In this document: positions 9,399 through 19,652 of the stretch, piece after piece
Layout of the letters: each line of letters starts with the position of its first letter
Numbering within the stretch: the stretch's first letter is position 1
Assembly (NCBI GenBank): GCA_963765765.1
Contig: CAVXYC010000015.1
Location: 64,001-128,000, forward strand
Direction: 5' to 3'
Origin: an uncultured Chloroflexia bacterium
GTDB lineage: Bacteria > Chloroflexota > UBA6077 > JACCZL01
Length of the DNA stretch: 64,000 nt
The notes under the pieces: model-generated
The model's input: the letters and a program-made list of their open reading frames with translations, nothing else
Told to the model about the DNA's origin: nothing
Database searches by the model: none
Made by a program: the position numbers and the translations under genes

Positions 9399-9864
9399 TC
9401 AGAGGGACATGAGAGCGGCGACGGCGCCGGTCACAGCTTGGAGAATCTGGGTCACGCCTATACCGCTCAACACCGCGCTCAAGATGATCGTGGGAGTAAG
9501 GTAGCGCTGCCAGGCCATAGAGATGGACATGGTGATGCACAGGTAATACATGAGTACAGTGGTCAATATCAGTCCGTGGGAACGAACGAGCCCCTCACGT
9601 CGCCAGCCCTTCCAGACTTGTGGTGTAGCTTTCCGCCCAATCCGCATGAGGGGAAATCATGCTCGATGAAGGCGCGCTGCCAGTAGCGCGCCGTGAAGAT
9701 GTAACGCCTCTCGTCCGCATGCTAGGGCGTCATGACGGAAGCTTTGTAAAAGTACGAGGTGGAGACGGTGAGGACGAGATACAGCGCCTTATCTCGAGTA
9801 AGAGACGGATGGCGCGCTGGTTGTCCAGCTTGGCTAGGGGTAGACTCACGAGGATGTTGCTCAC
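9399..9864 (-). pseudogene. Relic of a GT39/ArnT-like membrane glycosyltransferase with large internal deletion
   Basis: N-terminal TP*HADERRYIFTARYW (in-frame stop) joined within ~100 bp to C-terminal WQRYLTP TM segment. Confidence 0.45.
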
Positions 9865-9995
9865 GCGCTGCGACCACTCTCTGTAATGTGATTCATCCCC
9901 ATGAGCGAGGGGCTTAAAAGGGCAATTACATACTCGACACTCTCTCTCTCTGAAGTCATACTTGCGGGCATCTTCTCAGCCTGTGGGACATCCTC

Positions 9996-10796
9996 ATGGA
10001 GATTTTCTCGATCGATCAGTTCATGCAGTTCAGCCGTGCTGTGACAGGGGTTAGCTTTAGGTATCCCACTGAAGCTATCCATGACAAAGCGCTCATCATG
10101 GGAGATGCACGCCCCGGCGAAATCGAAAACCTGCGCGCTTTGAGCGAATGGTGTGAACTGCTTGGCCTCGATTACTCGGTGGTAAAGGTTAATCGAATAA
10201 TCGAATGCATTGAAGCCAATGAACAAATCACATGGACTGAGTTCAAGCGAATGGCTGAGGACTTTACTGAGCGAGTGGAAGACAACGTGAAGTCCCGTCG
10301 ATTTTTCTATGTCACCCCTGGTCGAGCTTTGCTCTATGAAGACCCGGGAGGCTGGTTCGGCGAGGCGTGTATTGATCGGTTCCCGTCAATTGAGCGGGAT
10401 GTTAGAGATGCATGCCAATGCTTTGGGGTTGAGCAATGGACAGCATCAGTTTTTCACGCGATGCGCGTTCTTGAACATGGACTTCGCTTAGTGGCCGCAG
10501 AAATTGACATCACGTCGAACCTAGACCTTCAGCAATGGGCGAGCATTATTGAGATGATTGAGAGTGAAGTAACAAAGTTGGACAAGGCCCCACGGACTAC
10601 ACCGGGGAAGTCAGAGAAATCGCAGTTTTTCTCAGAGGCGGCCTTGCAGTTTCGTTATTTCAAGAACGCGTGGCGTAACCACGTATCTCATTCGAGAGAG
10701 TCATACGACGAACAAGAAGCAGGGAGAATACTTGCCCACGTTCGCGACTTCATGGTGCACCTCGCAACGAGGCTGAGTGACCCAATCACCTTATGA
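9996..10796 (+). CDS. Hypothetical protein with C-terminal HEPN-like domain
   Basis: ASVFHAMRVLE.GLR helix and WRNHVSH (Rx4H); GC about 45-52% in sampled lines versus a GC-rich background. Confidence 0.7.
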   Translation: MEIFSIDQFMQFSRAVTGVSFRYPTEAIHDKALIMGDARPGEIENLRALSEWCELLGLDYSVVKVNRIIECIEANEQITWTEFKRMAEDFTERVEDNVKSRRFFYVTPGRALLYEDPGGWFGEACIDRFPSIERDVRDACQCFGVEQWTASVFHAMRVLEHGLRLVAAEIDITSNLDLQQWASIIEMIESEVTKLDKAPRTTPGKSEKSQFFSEAALQFRYFKNAWRNHVSHSRESYDEQEAGRILAHVRDFMVHLATRLSDPITL

Positions 10797-10948
10797 ATGT
10801 TCCGTCGATGATTGATTCCTTCGGCGCTGTTTCTGGTTTCGCTCGCGCTCGTACTTCTCGCGTTGTTCTTGGACTTCAGCCGGTGCACGTTGAGCAACGC
10901 GCGGGTGAACCGCTCGCTGGAAGCGTGTTCGGTGATGTCCGCCGCGGT

Positions 10949-11518
10949 CTAGCGCTCGGTCCGCTCGCGAACCTCGGCCCCGGCAGCGGCGAACCGATGC
11001 TCAATTGGACACAGGCGACGCTCCACCCATGAGCTCCCGACCCGTAGGACGAGCATCAGCGCTGTCTTTCGCCCAGGCTCTTCTGAGTCGAGGGAGATGC
11101 TCTCGTCGATGTCCAGTGACTTCGACGGCGCTTCATTGTGGCTTGGGACTGGGACATCGCGAGTGGCCAGGATTGACCGATCATCATCCGGGTCGTCCAC
11201 GATCTCCAGGCGCGCGCTGGTGATGGGAAGAGGGTCGCCTCCGTGCTCCTTGGAAACCGTCACGTGCGTGCAGACGTATGCGCCGAGCTTTCCTTCACGG
11301 TACCAGGCCGCCCATACGCCCTGAGGGCGTTCGCCCAATGGACCATCGGCCTCGCGGTGCTGCTTGGCGACAAACCATGGTGGTTGAAGATCGACCTCGA
11401 ACCCGTCGCCGATCAAGACGGCACGGGCGCGACGATTGCGCCGTACTTCTCGTGCTATCAGCAGCGCCGTCATCGCCGCGGCGATGGCCACCATGACGAT
11501 CAGGTCCATAGAGGCCAA
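10949..11518 (-). CDS. Hypothetical protein with N-terminal membrane anchor
   Basis: 189-aa ORF, hydrophobic N-terminal helix followed by basic RRNRRAR. Confidence 0.55.
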   Translation of the reverse strand: MASMDLIVMVAIAAAMTALLIAREVRRNRRARAVLIGDGFEVDLQPPWFVAKQHREADGPLGERPQGVWAAWYREGKLGAYVCTHVTVSKEHGGDPLPITSARLEIVDDPDDDRSILATRDVPVPSHNEAPSKSLDIDESISLDSEEPGRKTALMLVLRVGSSWVERRLCPIEHRFAAAGAEVRERTER

Positions 11519-11553
11519 TAGTAATTCCTACATGCAGGCGACAGTCGGTCGAC

Positions 11554-11653
11554 TTTGGACCGCGGCGGTCTTCGGGCTTTTCGTCCAGGCTGGAAGCCGT
11601 CCACGGATGTCGGTCTGCTCACGGCAAAGCGGCGAAGACCGCCGCGGTCCAAA
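11554..11653. repeat. REP-like inverted doublet
   Basis: 21-bp perfect IR TTTGGACCGCGGCGGTCTTCG / CGAAGACCGCCGCGGTCCAAA. Confidence 0.8.
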
Positions 11654-11663
11654 AAGCTCTTGC

Positions 11664-12484
11664 TTACTTGCGTCGAGCCGGTGCCTCCGTAGCAAACCAC
11701 CTCGCCACCGTCCACGGGCAGTGTCACACCCGTGATAAAACGAGCCTCGTCGGAGTGTAGAAACAGCGCCGCGTAGGCCACGTCCCAGCCGGTACCCTGC
11801 TTCCCTCCCAGAGGGATGAGTGCGTCGCGGTGGGCAACCACTTCCTCGCGCGGAGTGCCGGCTGCTACGCGACTCTCGATAGCCATAGGCGTGTTCATCA
11901 AGCCGGGCAGGATCACGTTTGCTCGCACGCCATACTGCGCGTTGCTAGCGGCCAGGTTTTCAGTAAGTGCCACCACGGCCGTCTTCATGGTCTTGTAGCC
12001 GATGAACGGGTAGGCCTGCCGTACGGCGAGCGAGGCAATGTTTACGATCGAGCCATGTGTCTCACGTAAGGCGGGCAGCGCGTATTTGGCCGTGAGCCAG
12101 TGGGATTTGAGATTGACCGTGAAACTGCGATCGAATGCTTCCTCGGTGATCTCGGTCACCACCGCGTCACCAAGGGCGATGCTGGCGCCGACGTTGTTGT
12201 GCAGGATGTCGATGCAACCGTGTCGGCGGGTCACATCAGCCATCAGGCCCTGGACCTCGGATTCGTTAGTGGCTTCGGCAGCTAATGCCAGCGCTTCGCC
12301 GCCTTCCGCGACGATCATGTCCACCGTATCTTGCGCTGTGGCTAGCTTCCCGGTCCACCACTACGACTCTGGCGCCTTCACGCGCCAACAACATAGCTGT
12401 GGCTCGGCCATTACCGATAGTTTCCCCGGGCGTCTGCCCGGCACCCACGACAATTGCCACCTTGCCTTCAACACGACCCGCCAT
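11664..12484 (-). CDS. SDR-family oxidoreductase (frameshifted)
   Basis: GKVAIVVGAG..GETIGNGRA, NNVG, YKTMK, PGLMNTPM, LPVDGG; pieces in two ORFs; 3' end inferred. Confidence 0.85.
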
Positions 12485-12561
12485 CACCAGCCTCCCAGCT
12501 TCCGATCGATGCACCAGATTGTTGCACGGCGAGTGTTGTCAACGAGCGCTCCTATGCGTGG

Positions 12562-12633
12562 AGTGATCGCTTTAGCGACTTTCACCGACCGCTATGTCTC
12601 TGATATCGCTGAAAAATCGCTAAAGCGATCACT
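12562..12633. repeat. REP-like inverted doublet
   Basis: 17-bp perfect IR AGTGATCGCTTTAGCGA / TCGCTAAAGCGATCACT; each arm self-palindromic. Confidence 0.7.
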
Positions 12634-12687
12634 TCGTACCCTGGGGAGTTGCACCGGATCAGACCAATCTGGGACGGTGAGTTTGTT

Positions 12688-13596
12688 ATGGCCGAACGAG
12701 TACGCATGATCACGGCATTCCACCTGCCGTTCTATACGCCGATCTGGGTAGCCGATCGTCTGGGCGCGTTTCGGGATGAAGGCTTGGACGTCAGCATATC
12801 GACGCCTGCGCCTGGTCAATCTCCGGCCGCATTAGAGAGCGGTGAGGCCGATGTTTCACTAGGCGGTGTGATGCGGAGCTATATCCTCGCGGATCAGCCT
12901 GAGCCGCGGTATCTCATTGCAATTGCCGAGGTGAACAGCGCGGACGGATTTTTCGTGCTGTCGCGGGAGCCCGCGGAGCAATTCAACTGGCACAACCTCG
13001 TTGGCAAGCGGCTGGCGCTCTTCAGTCTGGCACCGACCCCATGGATGTGTCTCCAGGGGGTGCTGCGCGCGCGAGGCATTGACCCCAGTAGTATCAATAC
13101 GGTGAACGGCCTCGGTGTTGCCGAAGGCATCGAAGCGCTTCAGCGCGGCGATGTCGACTATCTTCAGACGAGTCAGCCGATGGCCGCGGAGCTTATCGAG
13201 CAGGGAGCGGCGTGGCTGGCCAGCGCTCAAGCTCCCGATGTGGGACACGTCCCCTACAGCTCGCTGATCGTGACCGAGTCGTTTAGACGCGATCGAGCCG
13301 ATGTTTGTGCCGCGGTCATTCGAGCGACGGCGAAAGCGCTGAGATGGATGAAGAATCAGTCGAGCGACTCGGTGGCAGACCTCATCGCCGACGAGTTTCG
13401 GGATATTGAGCTTCAGCGTCTGCGTTCGGTGATTGCCACGTACATGTCGGCGGGCACGTGGTCGATTGGCCCACGTCAATCGAAGGAAGCCTACGATCGA
13501 TTGGGTCGCTATCTCGTGGACGGAGGGCTCATTCGCTCCGCAGCACCGTATGAGCTGCTCGTAGATGACAGCTTCGCGGAGCTGGCCGATCGATAG
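12688..13596 (+). CDS. ABC substrate-binding protein, SsuA/NMT1(THI5) family
   Basis: FYTPIWVA...GAFRDEGLDV, DGFFVLSR; no obvious signal peptide. Confidence 0.8.
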   Translation: MAERVRMITAFHLPFYTPIWVADRLGAFRDEGLDVSISTPAPGQSPAALESGEADVSLGGVMRSYILADQPEPRYLIAIAEVNSADGFFVLSREPAEQFNWHNLVGKRLALFSLAPTPWMCLQGVLRARGIDPSSINTVNGLGVAEGIEALQRGDVDYLQTSQPMAAELIEQGAAWLASAQAPDVGHVPYSSLIVTESFRRDRADVCAAVIRATAKALRWMKNQSSDSVADLIADEFRDIELQRLRSVIATYMSAGTWSIGPRQSKEAYDRLGRYLVDGGLIRSAAPYELLVDDSFAELADR

Positions 13597-13624
13597 TCTT
13601 AGCTGCCTTCCGCCCGTCGGAATG

Positions 13625-13669
13625 AGCGGTCGCGTATCTAAGTCTCGGGAGCTCAGATACGCGACCGCT
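13625..13669. terminator. Hairpin between convergent genes (probable terminator)
   Basis: 15-bp IR AGCGGTCGCGTATCT / AGATACGCGACCGCT. Confidence 0.6.
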
Positions 13670-13674
13670 TTACG

Positions 13675-14649
13675 TCACGGCGTCGGTGGTGCGCCCAATG
13701 TAGCGACAGGGTCGGTGACCGAGCTGGATAGAGTGGTGGCCGGGGGGGCGGGCGTGCTCGGTACAGCCGGCGGAGGCGCTATTGAACCGCTATTCAGGTA
13801 GCGGAATAGCTCCCCGTCACCGGACATGACCAATGTGCTCTTGGTGCGAAGGTATCGGTCATAGGCTTCGAGGTTGCGGGTGAATGCGTAGAACTCCGCG
13901 TCGCGATTGAACGCGCTCGCGTAGATCTCGGTTGACCTTGCGTCACCCTCACCCCGGGCACGTTGGCTCTCGTCATACGCTCGAGCCTCGATGATGGTCC
14001 GCTCCTTCTCTGCATCCGCGCGAATGCGGAAGGCTTGTTCCGCGCCTTCGGAGCGGAACTGAGCCGCGATTCGACTTCGTTCAGCGATGATTCGAGCATA
14101 GACAGAGGCCTGGACTTCCTCTGGAAGATCCGCACGCTTGATTCGCACATCGATCACGTCGATACCACCGTTTGTCTGCTGTCTGGCGGTCTCCGAAACA
14201 CGAGCCGAGACGCTCTCCATGATTGCGTCGCGTTGGCGCGAAACGATGTCGGTAAAGTTGAATCGGCTCAGCTCTGTGCGCAGCTCGGAGATGATGATGT
14301 CATCCAATCGGGCCAGAGCGCCGTTTTCAGTGCGGACCGTCTGGAAGAACTGCAGCGGATCGACGATGCGCCAGCGTGAGACGTGGTCTACAACCAGGCG
14401 GTTCTTGTCCGCGGTCAGGTATTCCTGAGGGTGGGCGTCGTTCACTAGGATTCGACGTTCAAACCGCTCCACGTTCTGAATGAAGGGCTTTTTGAAATAC
14501 AGGCCGGGCGTCCGGTCGGTGTCTACTGGGCGACCGAGCTCCAGCAAGATGATTTGGTCGTTCTCGTTCACAATGTACGTGCTCTGGGCTATCAGCAGCA
14601 TCACAAGCAGGACGATTGCCAGTCCGAGTCCGCCGAAAAGGTTGCGCAT
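13675..14649 (-). CDS. hflC: FtsH protease modulator HflC
   Basis: PGLYFK.PFIQNV, DVRIKRADLP, FRSEG.E, FYAF.R.LEAY; follows hflK. Confidence 0.93.
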   Translation of the reverse strand: MRNLFGGLGLAIVLLVMLLIAQSTYIVNENDQIILLELGRPVDTDRTPGLYFKKPFIQNVERFERRILVNDAHPQEYLTADKNRLVVDHVSRWRIVDPLQFFQTVRTENGALARLDDIIISELRTELSRFNFTDIVSRQRDAIMESVSARVSETARQQTNGGIDVIDVRIKRADLPEEVQASVYARIIAERSRIAAQFRSEGAEQAFRIRADAEKERTIIEARAYDESQRARGEGDARSTEIYASAFNRDAEFYAFTRNLEAYDRYLRTKSTLVMSGDGELFRYLNSGSIAPPPAVPSTPAPPATTLSSSVTDPVATLGAPPTP

Positions 14650-14661
14650 TTTCAGACCCCT

Positions 14662-15811
14662 TTAGCGTTTCGCAGCCGGCGTGGGCTGCGCGGCAGTTGG
14701 TTTGGGCGCCGCTTGCGGCTGGCCCGAGGGCGGGGGCGGAGTTGGGGCTTGTGTCGCGGGCGGAGACGATGGCTGCTGGGAGGCTGAGCTTGCAGCGGCG
14801 GCCGCTTGTGCTCCGTTGGAGAGATTGAGAAGCGGCAGCACGCTTTGACCAGCTTCAGCGTCGATGACAATCTTGTCAACGTCCGCTAGAACCCGCTCTA
14901 CGGTCTCCAGGCGAAGTCGCTCGCGAGTTACGGCCTGAGCTTTGGAGTACTCGGCCAGGAGCGCCTCAAATCGCGCCCCGTCACCCTGCGCGCGTATGAT
15001 GCGCTGTTCTCGATAGCCCTCAGCCTCACGAATGGCTTGTTGAGCCTGGCCTCTAGCCTTGGGCAGGATGTCCGCCACGTATGCCTGCGCTTCATTCTGT
15101 AATCGGTCGCGATCCTGGAACGCGCGTACTACTTCGTTGAAAGCATCACGCACCTGATCAGGCACATCTACGGTCTGGAGCTGGACGTTTGTGACCAGGA
15201 TTCCCGATTCGTAGAGGTCGAGAAGCCTCTGTAGCTCCTCGGCAGTCTGTTGTTGAGCTTCGCTGCGGCGGCTCGTGAGGATATCGTCGATGAGCATTCT
15301 GCCGGTAACGCCACGGAGTGCCACCTCGGTGGACGCTCGGACGGCGCCATCGGGGTCTCGAAGCGGAACAGATATTTCACCGGCTCACGGACGCGGTACT
15401 GCACGATGATCTGGGCGTCGACGATGTTTTCGTCTCCCGTCAACATCAAGGACTCAGTCGCGACTCGGGTTGCCCGTCCGCCATCACTTCGGAAGCCTAC
15501 TTCCAGGCGTCGAACGGCTTGAACGTCCACCACGTCGAGCTGCTGAATGGGCGACGGCCAGCGATAACCGAGTCCGGATTGGTCGTCGTGGTGAATGACC
15601 CGAACGTACGAATGACTCCCACTTGCCCCGGCTGCACCGTGTAGATGCCAGATGCCAGCCAGAGGATGCCCGCAAGGATGGCCAGTCCTGGAACCAGACG
15701 GCCTGCCACGTGTTTGGCCTGTCTCGCGGTTCGCTGGACCGACTCTTCAATACGGCGCTGAATCTCCTCCTCGTCCGATGGTCGGCGTTGCCAATTGTCG
15801 TTGTCGCGCAT
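14662..15811 (-). CDS. hflK: FtsH protease modulator HflK (frameshifted)
   Basis: SGIYTVQPG, ESLMLTGDENIVD, DAFNEVVRA, VTRERL.LET across three frames. Confidence 0.9.
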
Positions 15812-16075
15812 CACGCACCCCCTCGTGCGAGGCTCGGTCCCAGCATTCGTCGGGCTGGTCGATTGGGGATCCGAGCGCTTCAGCCCAGAAACAAAAAGTG
15901 GAGACTTCCTTGCAGTCTCCACCGAGCCCGTCATCTGCGGCGGCGGGCAGCCGTTTTCAATTTGTGCGATGCTACGATGTTTCACCGTGATCGTCAACTG
16001 TTGATGTCGGTGAATCATCCCTCCCTCCCCGAGTCGCCGTTGGTGAAACGAGTGGGGTAAGCAAATTCGATCGAA

Positions 16076-17216
16076 TCAAGACTTCCAGTCGTAATCCCGA
16101 TCCCGATACGCTTCTTCCGGCATCAACGTCGTGATCCCTCGGTGAGCGAGCTCGGACTCGAATTTCCTCCGTATCCAGGGCTCCTCGTCTGTGTATTCGA
16201 TCTGATCCTTCGCTCGATCCTCCACCTTCTCGCCTTTACCCGCGAACTGGGGCAGGGGATGAAGGGCCAGGTAACGAGCGGGCGCTGCGCCGAGATTGAA
16301 ATGCTGGTGGAACCAGCGGTCCGGCGGCACGAAAAGGCTGGCCTCCTGCCAGGGGACGACGACCTTCTTGCTTCCATCCTGCCACATGATGGAATAGCCC
16401 TCGCCGGCGGGGATCACAATTACCCGACCCGGTCATGCCGGTGAGCCTTCTTGTATGTCCGTGAGCCAAACACGGACATATGGCAGGACATCTCCGAGTC
16501 CGGAAAACGGATTCCCACCGTTGAGCCGCCCGCGCCTCGACCATGGATCTCTCTGAGCTTGTCCCAGGCACGCATGTCGGGGAAAAAGTTGCCGTACCAG
16601 TAGGCGCCGCGCCACGGCCAATTAGGATCGGTTGAGTTGCGTGCTTGGCCTCGGAATAGAGCTCGTCGATCGCGGATGTCTGAGCCGGAACAAGCGATTC
16701 GTTATTGAAGAAATACTCCGGTTCCTGGATCAATGACATCGCTAACGGGAGATAGCTGTACCGCAGCAGTCTGGCGGGCTCATCGCCGCGCGCATTGCCG
16801 AGCTGGACGCGCGCATGCCGTGGAAGTAGAAACAAGCTGTGTTTGTGCCATTCAAACGTCGTACCTGGTTTGGAGTCATCCGTCCATACGGTGGCAAGCC
16901 CGGTCCCGCTTACTACGTAGACGATCTCATCGATGGCGAATCGGAACGGCTGCAGTGATGCGCCCGGCGCGATCTCCACGACGCGCGCCTCGCTGACACC
17001 TTCCTGGCCGGCAAGCTGGATGAATGCTGCCTGACACTGGCGTTCTTCCCACCAGCCTAGCTCGAGGGTGCGTATGTCCGAGACGAAGTAGCCACCATAA
17101 CTTGGAATTCCGACGGAATTCCGCCAGTCATCGAATGGGTAAGTACGGGCTTCGTAAATGGGCTCATCGTGCTCGAGCGCGTCAATTTCAGAAGTTGTAG
17201 CGAGATGGTGTGTCAA
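16076..17216 (-). CDS. Bicupin-domain protein (frameshifted)
   Basis: EI.YV.SG.G..TVW, FEW...SLF; second cupin GEGYSIMW...FVPPDRWFHQHFN. Confidence 0.8.
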
Positions 17217-17390
17217 TTACGGCGGTTCCTTTCATGCGACCATGCGACTCGTTCGCTGGCGTACGACTGAGCCGACCGATTGTAACGGCAGGAGGTGGTG
17301 GCCTCGCCTGTGCACCGTGACCGCGTGGCACAATGGACGGACTCGATACTGTCAGGGCGATGAACGAACCGAACCACCGCGGAGGTACTC

Positions 17391-18335
17391 ATGCCAGCAC
17401 TACGAGCAGGATTGGTCTTGCGTCGACCGACGCCGTCTGCGCAGATTGACGCGATCGTTCGCGCGGAGGGGCTGGGGCTTCCAATGACCTGGTCCACTGG
17501 AGGGGCGCTGAGCTCTGAGACGATCACTATGTTTGCGGCGGCTGCCGCGCGGACCTCGAGCATCGTGCTTGGTACATCCATCATTCCTACGTATCCACGG
17601 CACCCGATCGTCATGGCTACGCAAGCGCTCGTGCTGGCGTCAATCGCCCCGGGGCGATTCCGGCTCGGTGTAGGGCCGAGCCATCGGCCGACTATCGAGG
17701 GGACCTACGGCATACCGATGGACAAGCCGTTAGCGCACTTGCGTGAGTACCTGACGGTCCTGCGCGAGCTGCTCTGGGAAGGCAAATCCGAGTTCGAGGG
17801 GCAGTACTTCAAGGTTAATGCCCAGCTCCAGGCTGACCCGCCGAAGGTTCCCCTTCCGATCTCCGCGCTCCGTGCCGGCGCGTTCCGACTTGCTGGGGAG
17901 ATTGCGGACGGCGGCATCTCCTGGATGGCGCCAGTACCCTACCTGGTCAATGTTGCCAAGCCCGCAATGGTCGAAGGCGCGAAATCAGTCGGACGCCCGT
18001 GCCCGCCAATCGTTGGACACATTCCCGTGGCGATGTCGTCGAATGCACCTGCTGTCCACGCCGCCGCCCGACAACAGGTGCGCACGTACGGGCGGTTGCC
18101 CTTCTACGTGGGCATGTTCGAAGACGCCGGATTCCCGCTCGAGAACGGTCAGATCTCCGACGCGCTCCTGGATGAGCTGGTCGTTTCGGGGACGCCCGAG
18201 GTCGTTGCATCCCGCCTGCAGGCGATTCAAGCGGCCGGAATAGACGAGCTCGTAATCACCCAGATCACGGTGCAGGATGAGACCGCCGAAGAGACTTCGT
18301 TGATCGAGCTGCTGGCGGAGGAAGCGCAGAAGTAG
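17391..18335 (+). CDS. LLM-class flavin/F420-dependent oxidoreductase
   Basis: LGTSIIPTYPRHP, GRFRLGVGPSH, LAGEIADG. Confidence 0.9.
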   Translation: MPALRAGLVLRRPTPSAQIDAIVRAEGLGLPMTWSTGGALSSETITMFAAAAARTSSIVLGTSIIPTYPRHPIVMATQALVLASIAPGRFRLGVGPSHRPTIEGTYGIPMDKPLAHLREYLTVLRELLWEGKSEFEGQYFKVNAQLQADPPKVPLPISALRAGAFRLAGEIADGGISWMAPVPYLVNVAKPAMVEGAKSVGRPCPPIVGHIPVAMSSNAPAVHAAARQQVRTYGRLPFYVGMFEDAGFPLENGQISDALLDELVVSGTPEVVASRLQAIQAAGIDELVITQITVQDETAEETSLIELLAEEAQK

Positions 18336-18338
18336 GTT

Positions 18339-18380
18339 GGAGTGTTCGTGGGCGCATCTGATTCGCCCGCGAACACTCCC
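18339..18380. terminator. Hairpin between convergent genes
   Basis: GGAGTGTTCGTGGGCG / CGCCCGCGAACACTCC. Confidence 0.55.
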
Positions 18381-18390
18381 AACAGGATTT

Positions 18391-19530
18391 TTACGCGGGC
18401 ACCGCCGAGCGGATGCCGAACACCCGAAGTGTATTGTCACGCACCAGTTTGCGGCGCTCCTCGGCGGTAAGATGCGCCGCGTCGCGCTCCACGATCTCCT
18501 GCGACTTCGGCCAGGTCGCCGCAGTGTGCGGGTAGTCGGTTGAGAACATGAGATTGTCCACGCCGATAAGGTCCTTCGCCTCAATCGCCTCAGGCTCGTC
18601 TATGTAGGTGACGAAAACCTGCCGGTGGAAATATTCGAGAGGTGTAAGCGTGAGCGGCGTGCCGTACAGGTTGCCGCTGCGGTTGCGCTTCGCCAGACGC
18701 CCGAGGAACCACGGTAGCCAGTCGGTGCCGTTCTCCGCGGTGACGAACTTGAGCGTCGGGAATCGCTCCATCACGCCGGAGAGAATGAGCTGGGCCAGCG
18801 TGCGCTGTACTTCTTGCGGCCGCAGGATAGGGCCAAGCGTCATGTCCGGGTTCCAGTAGGACGACGGCGACATGCGACTTTCGGCTCCGCCCGTGTTCTC
18901 GTGCAGGACGATTGTCTGGCCGAGGTCCTGCGCGGCGGCCCAGAACCTGTCGTAGTGCGTTGACGTATACGGCGGGCACGGGGCGGGCGGCGAGAGGAAG
19001 ACCATACAGCCGTGGTGGCCGAGCCTGGCGGATCGCTCCAGCTCTTTGACCGCGTCGTCGACGTCATAGAGTGAGATGAGCGACAGCCCGATGAGCCGAT
19101 CGGGCGCATAGCTGCAGAACTCGCTGAGCCAATCGTTGTACACGCGGAAGCATGCCTGCTGCAGCTTTGCGTCGGTCATCCAGTAGAGGCGGAAGCCGAG
19201 CGTGGTGTAGAGCACCTCACCGTCCACGCCGTCCACATCCTGGTCCTTGAGCCGCTCGGCCGGATCCCAACCGCCCGGTCGGGCATCGTTGTAACCCTTG
19301 CCCTCTTCACGGTAGGTGGCATGGTTGTCGGTCGCGGCAGCACCGAGGCCGATACCTACGGGATGAGGCGGGAAGCCCTCATAGATCCACAGATCTTCCA
19401 TACGGCCGTTCCGCTCTCGGCGCTCCAGGCGCGGCGCGCGGAACTGGAATTCCTTGTCGATGCGCTGAACCCACAGATCGCCGGGCTCGCTCACGTGGGA
19501 ATCGGCTGAGAAGATCTTGTAATCGGGCAT
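18391..19530 (-). CDS. Amidohydrolase family 2 (decarboxylase/hydratase-like)
   Basis: SADSH.SEP, YNDWL.EFC, SGVMERFP.LK, STDYPH. Confidence 0.9.
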   Translation of the reverse strand: MPDYKIFSADSHVSEPGDLWVQRIDKEFQFRAPRLERRERNGRMEDLWIYEGFPPHPVGIGLGAAATDNHATYREEGKGYNDARPGGWDPAERLKDQDVDGVDGEVLYTTLGFRLYWMTDAKLQQACFRVYNDWLSEFCSYAPDRLIGLSLISLYDVDDAVKELERSARLGHHGCMVFLSPPAPCPPYTSTHYDRFWAAAQDLGQTIVLHENTGGAESRMSPSSYWNPDMTLGPILRPQEVQRTLAQLILSGVMERFPTLKFVTAENGTDWLPWFLGRLAKRNRSGNLYGTPLTLTPLEYFHRQVFVTYIDEPEAIEAKDLIGVDNLMFSTDYPHTAATWPKSQEIVERDAAHLTAEERRKLVRDNTLRVFGIRSAVPA

Positions 19531-19652
19531 GCTCAGAAGCCTCCTTGGCTAGAAACAAGCGTGTATGGGCAACTGTAACCCGCGCGGCGGCGTCTCTGCC
19601 CGTCACGTCACGGTTACGAGTGAAGAGTTAAGAATGCAGGGACGTCAAACTC

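Noticed and set aside
9909-11535. GTAATT-containing motifs as IS ends around the HEPN islet
   Set aside because: The similarity is short, the motifs face outward, and there is no target duplication or transposase.
19574-19595. Third TGTAACC...GCGTCT match
   Set aside because: The spacer is 9 nt rather than 13 and it points antisense into the LLM gene end, so it is not counted as a regulon promoter.
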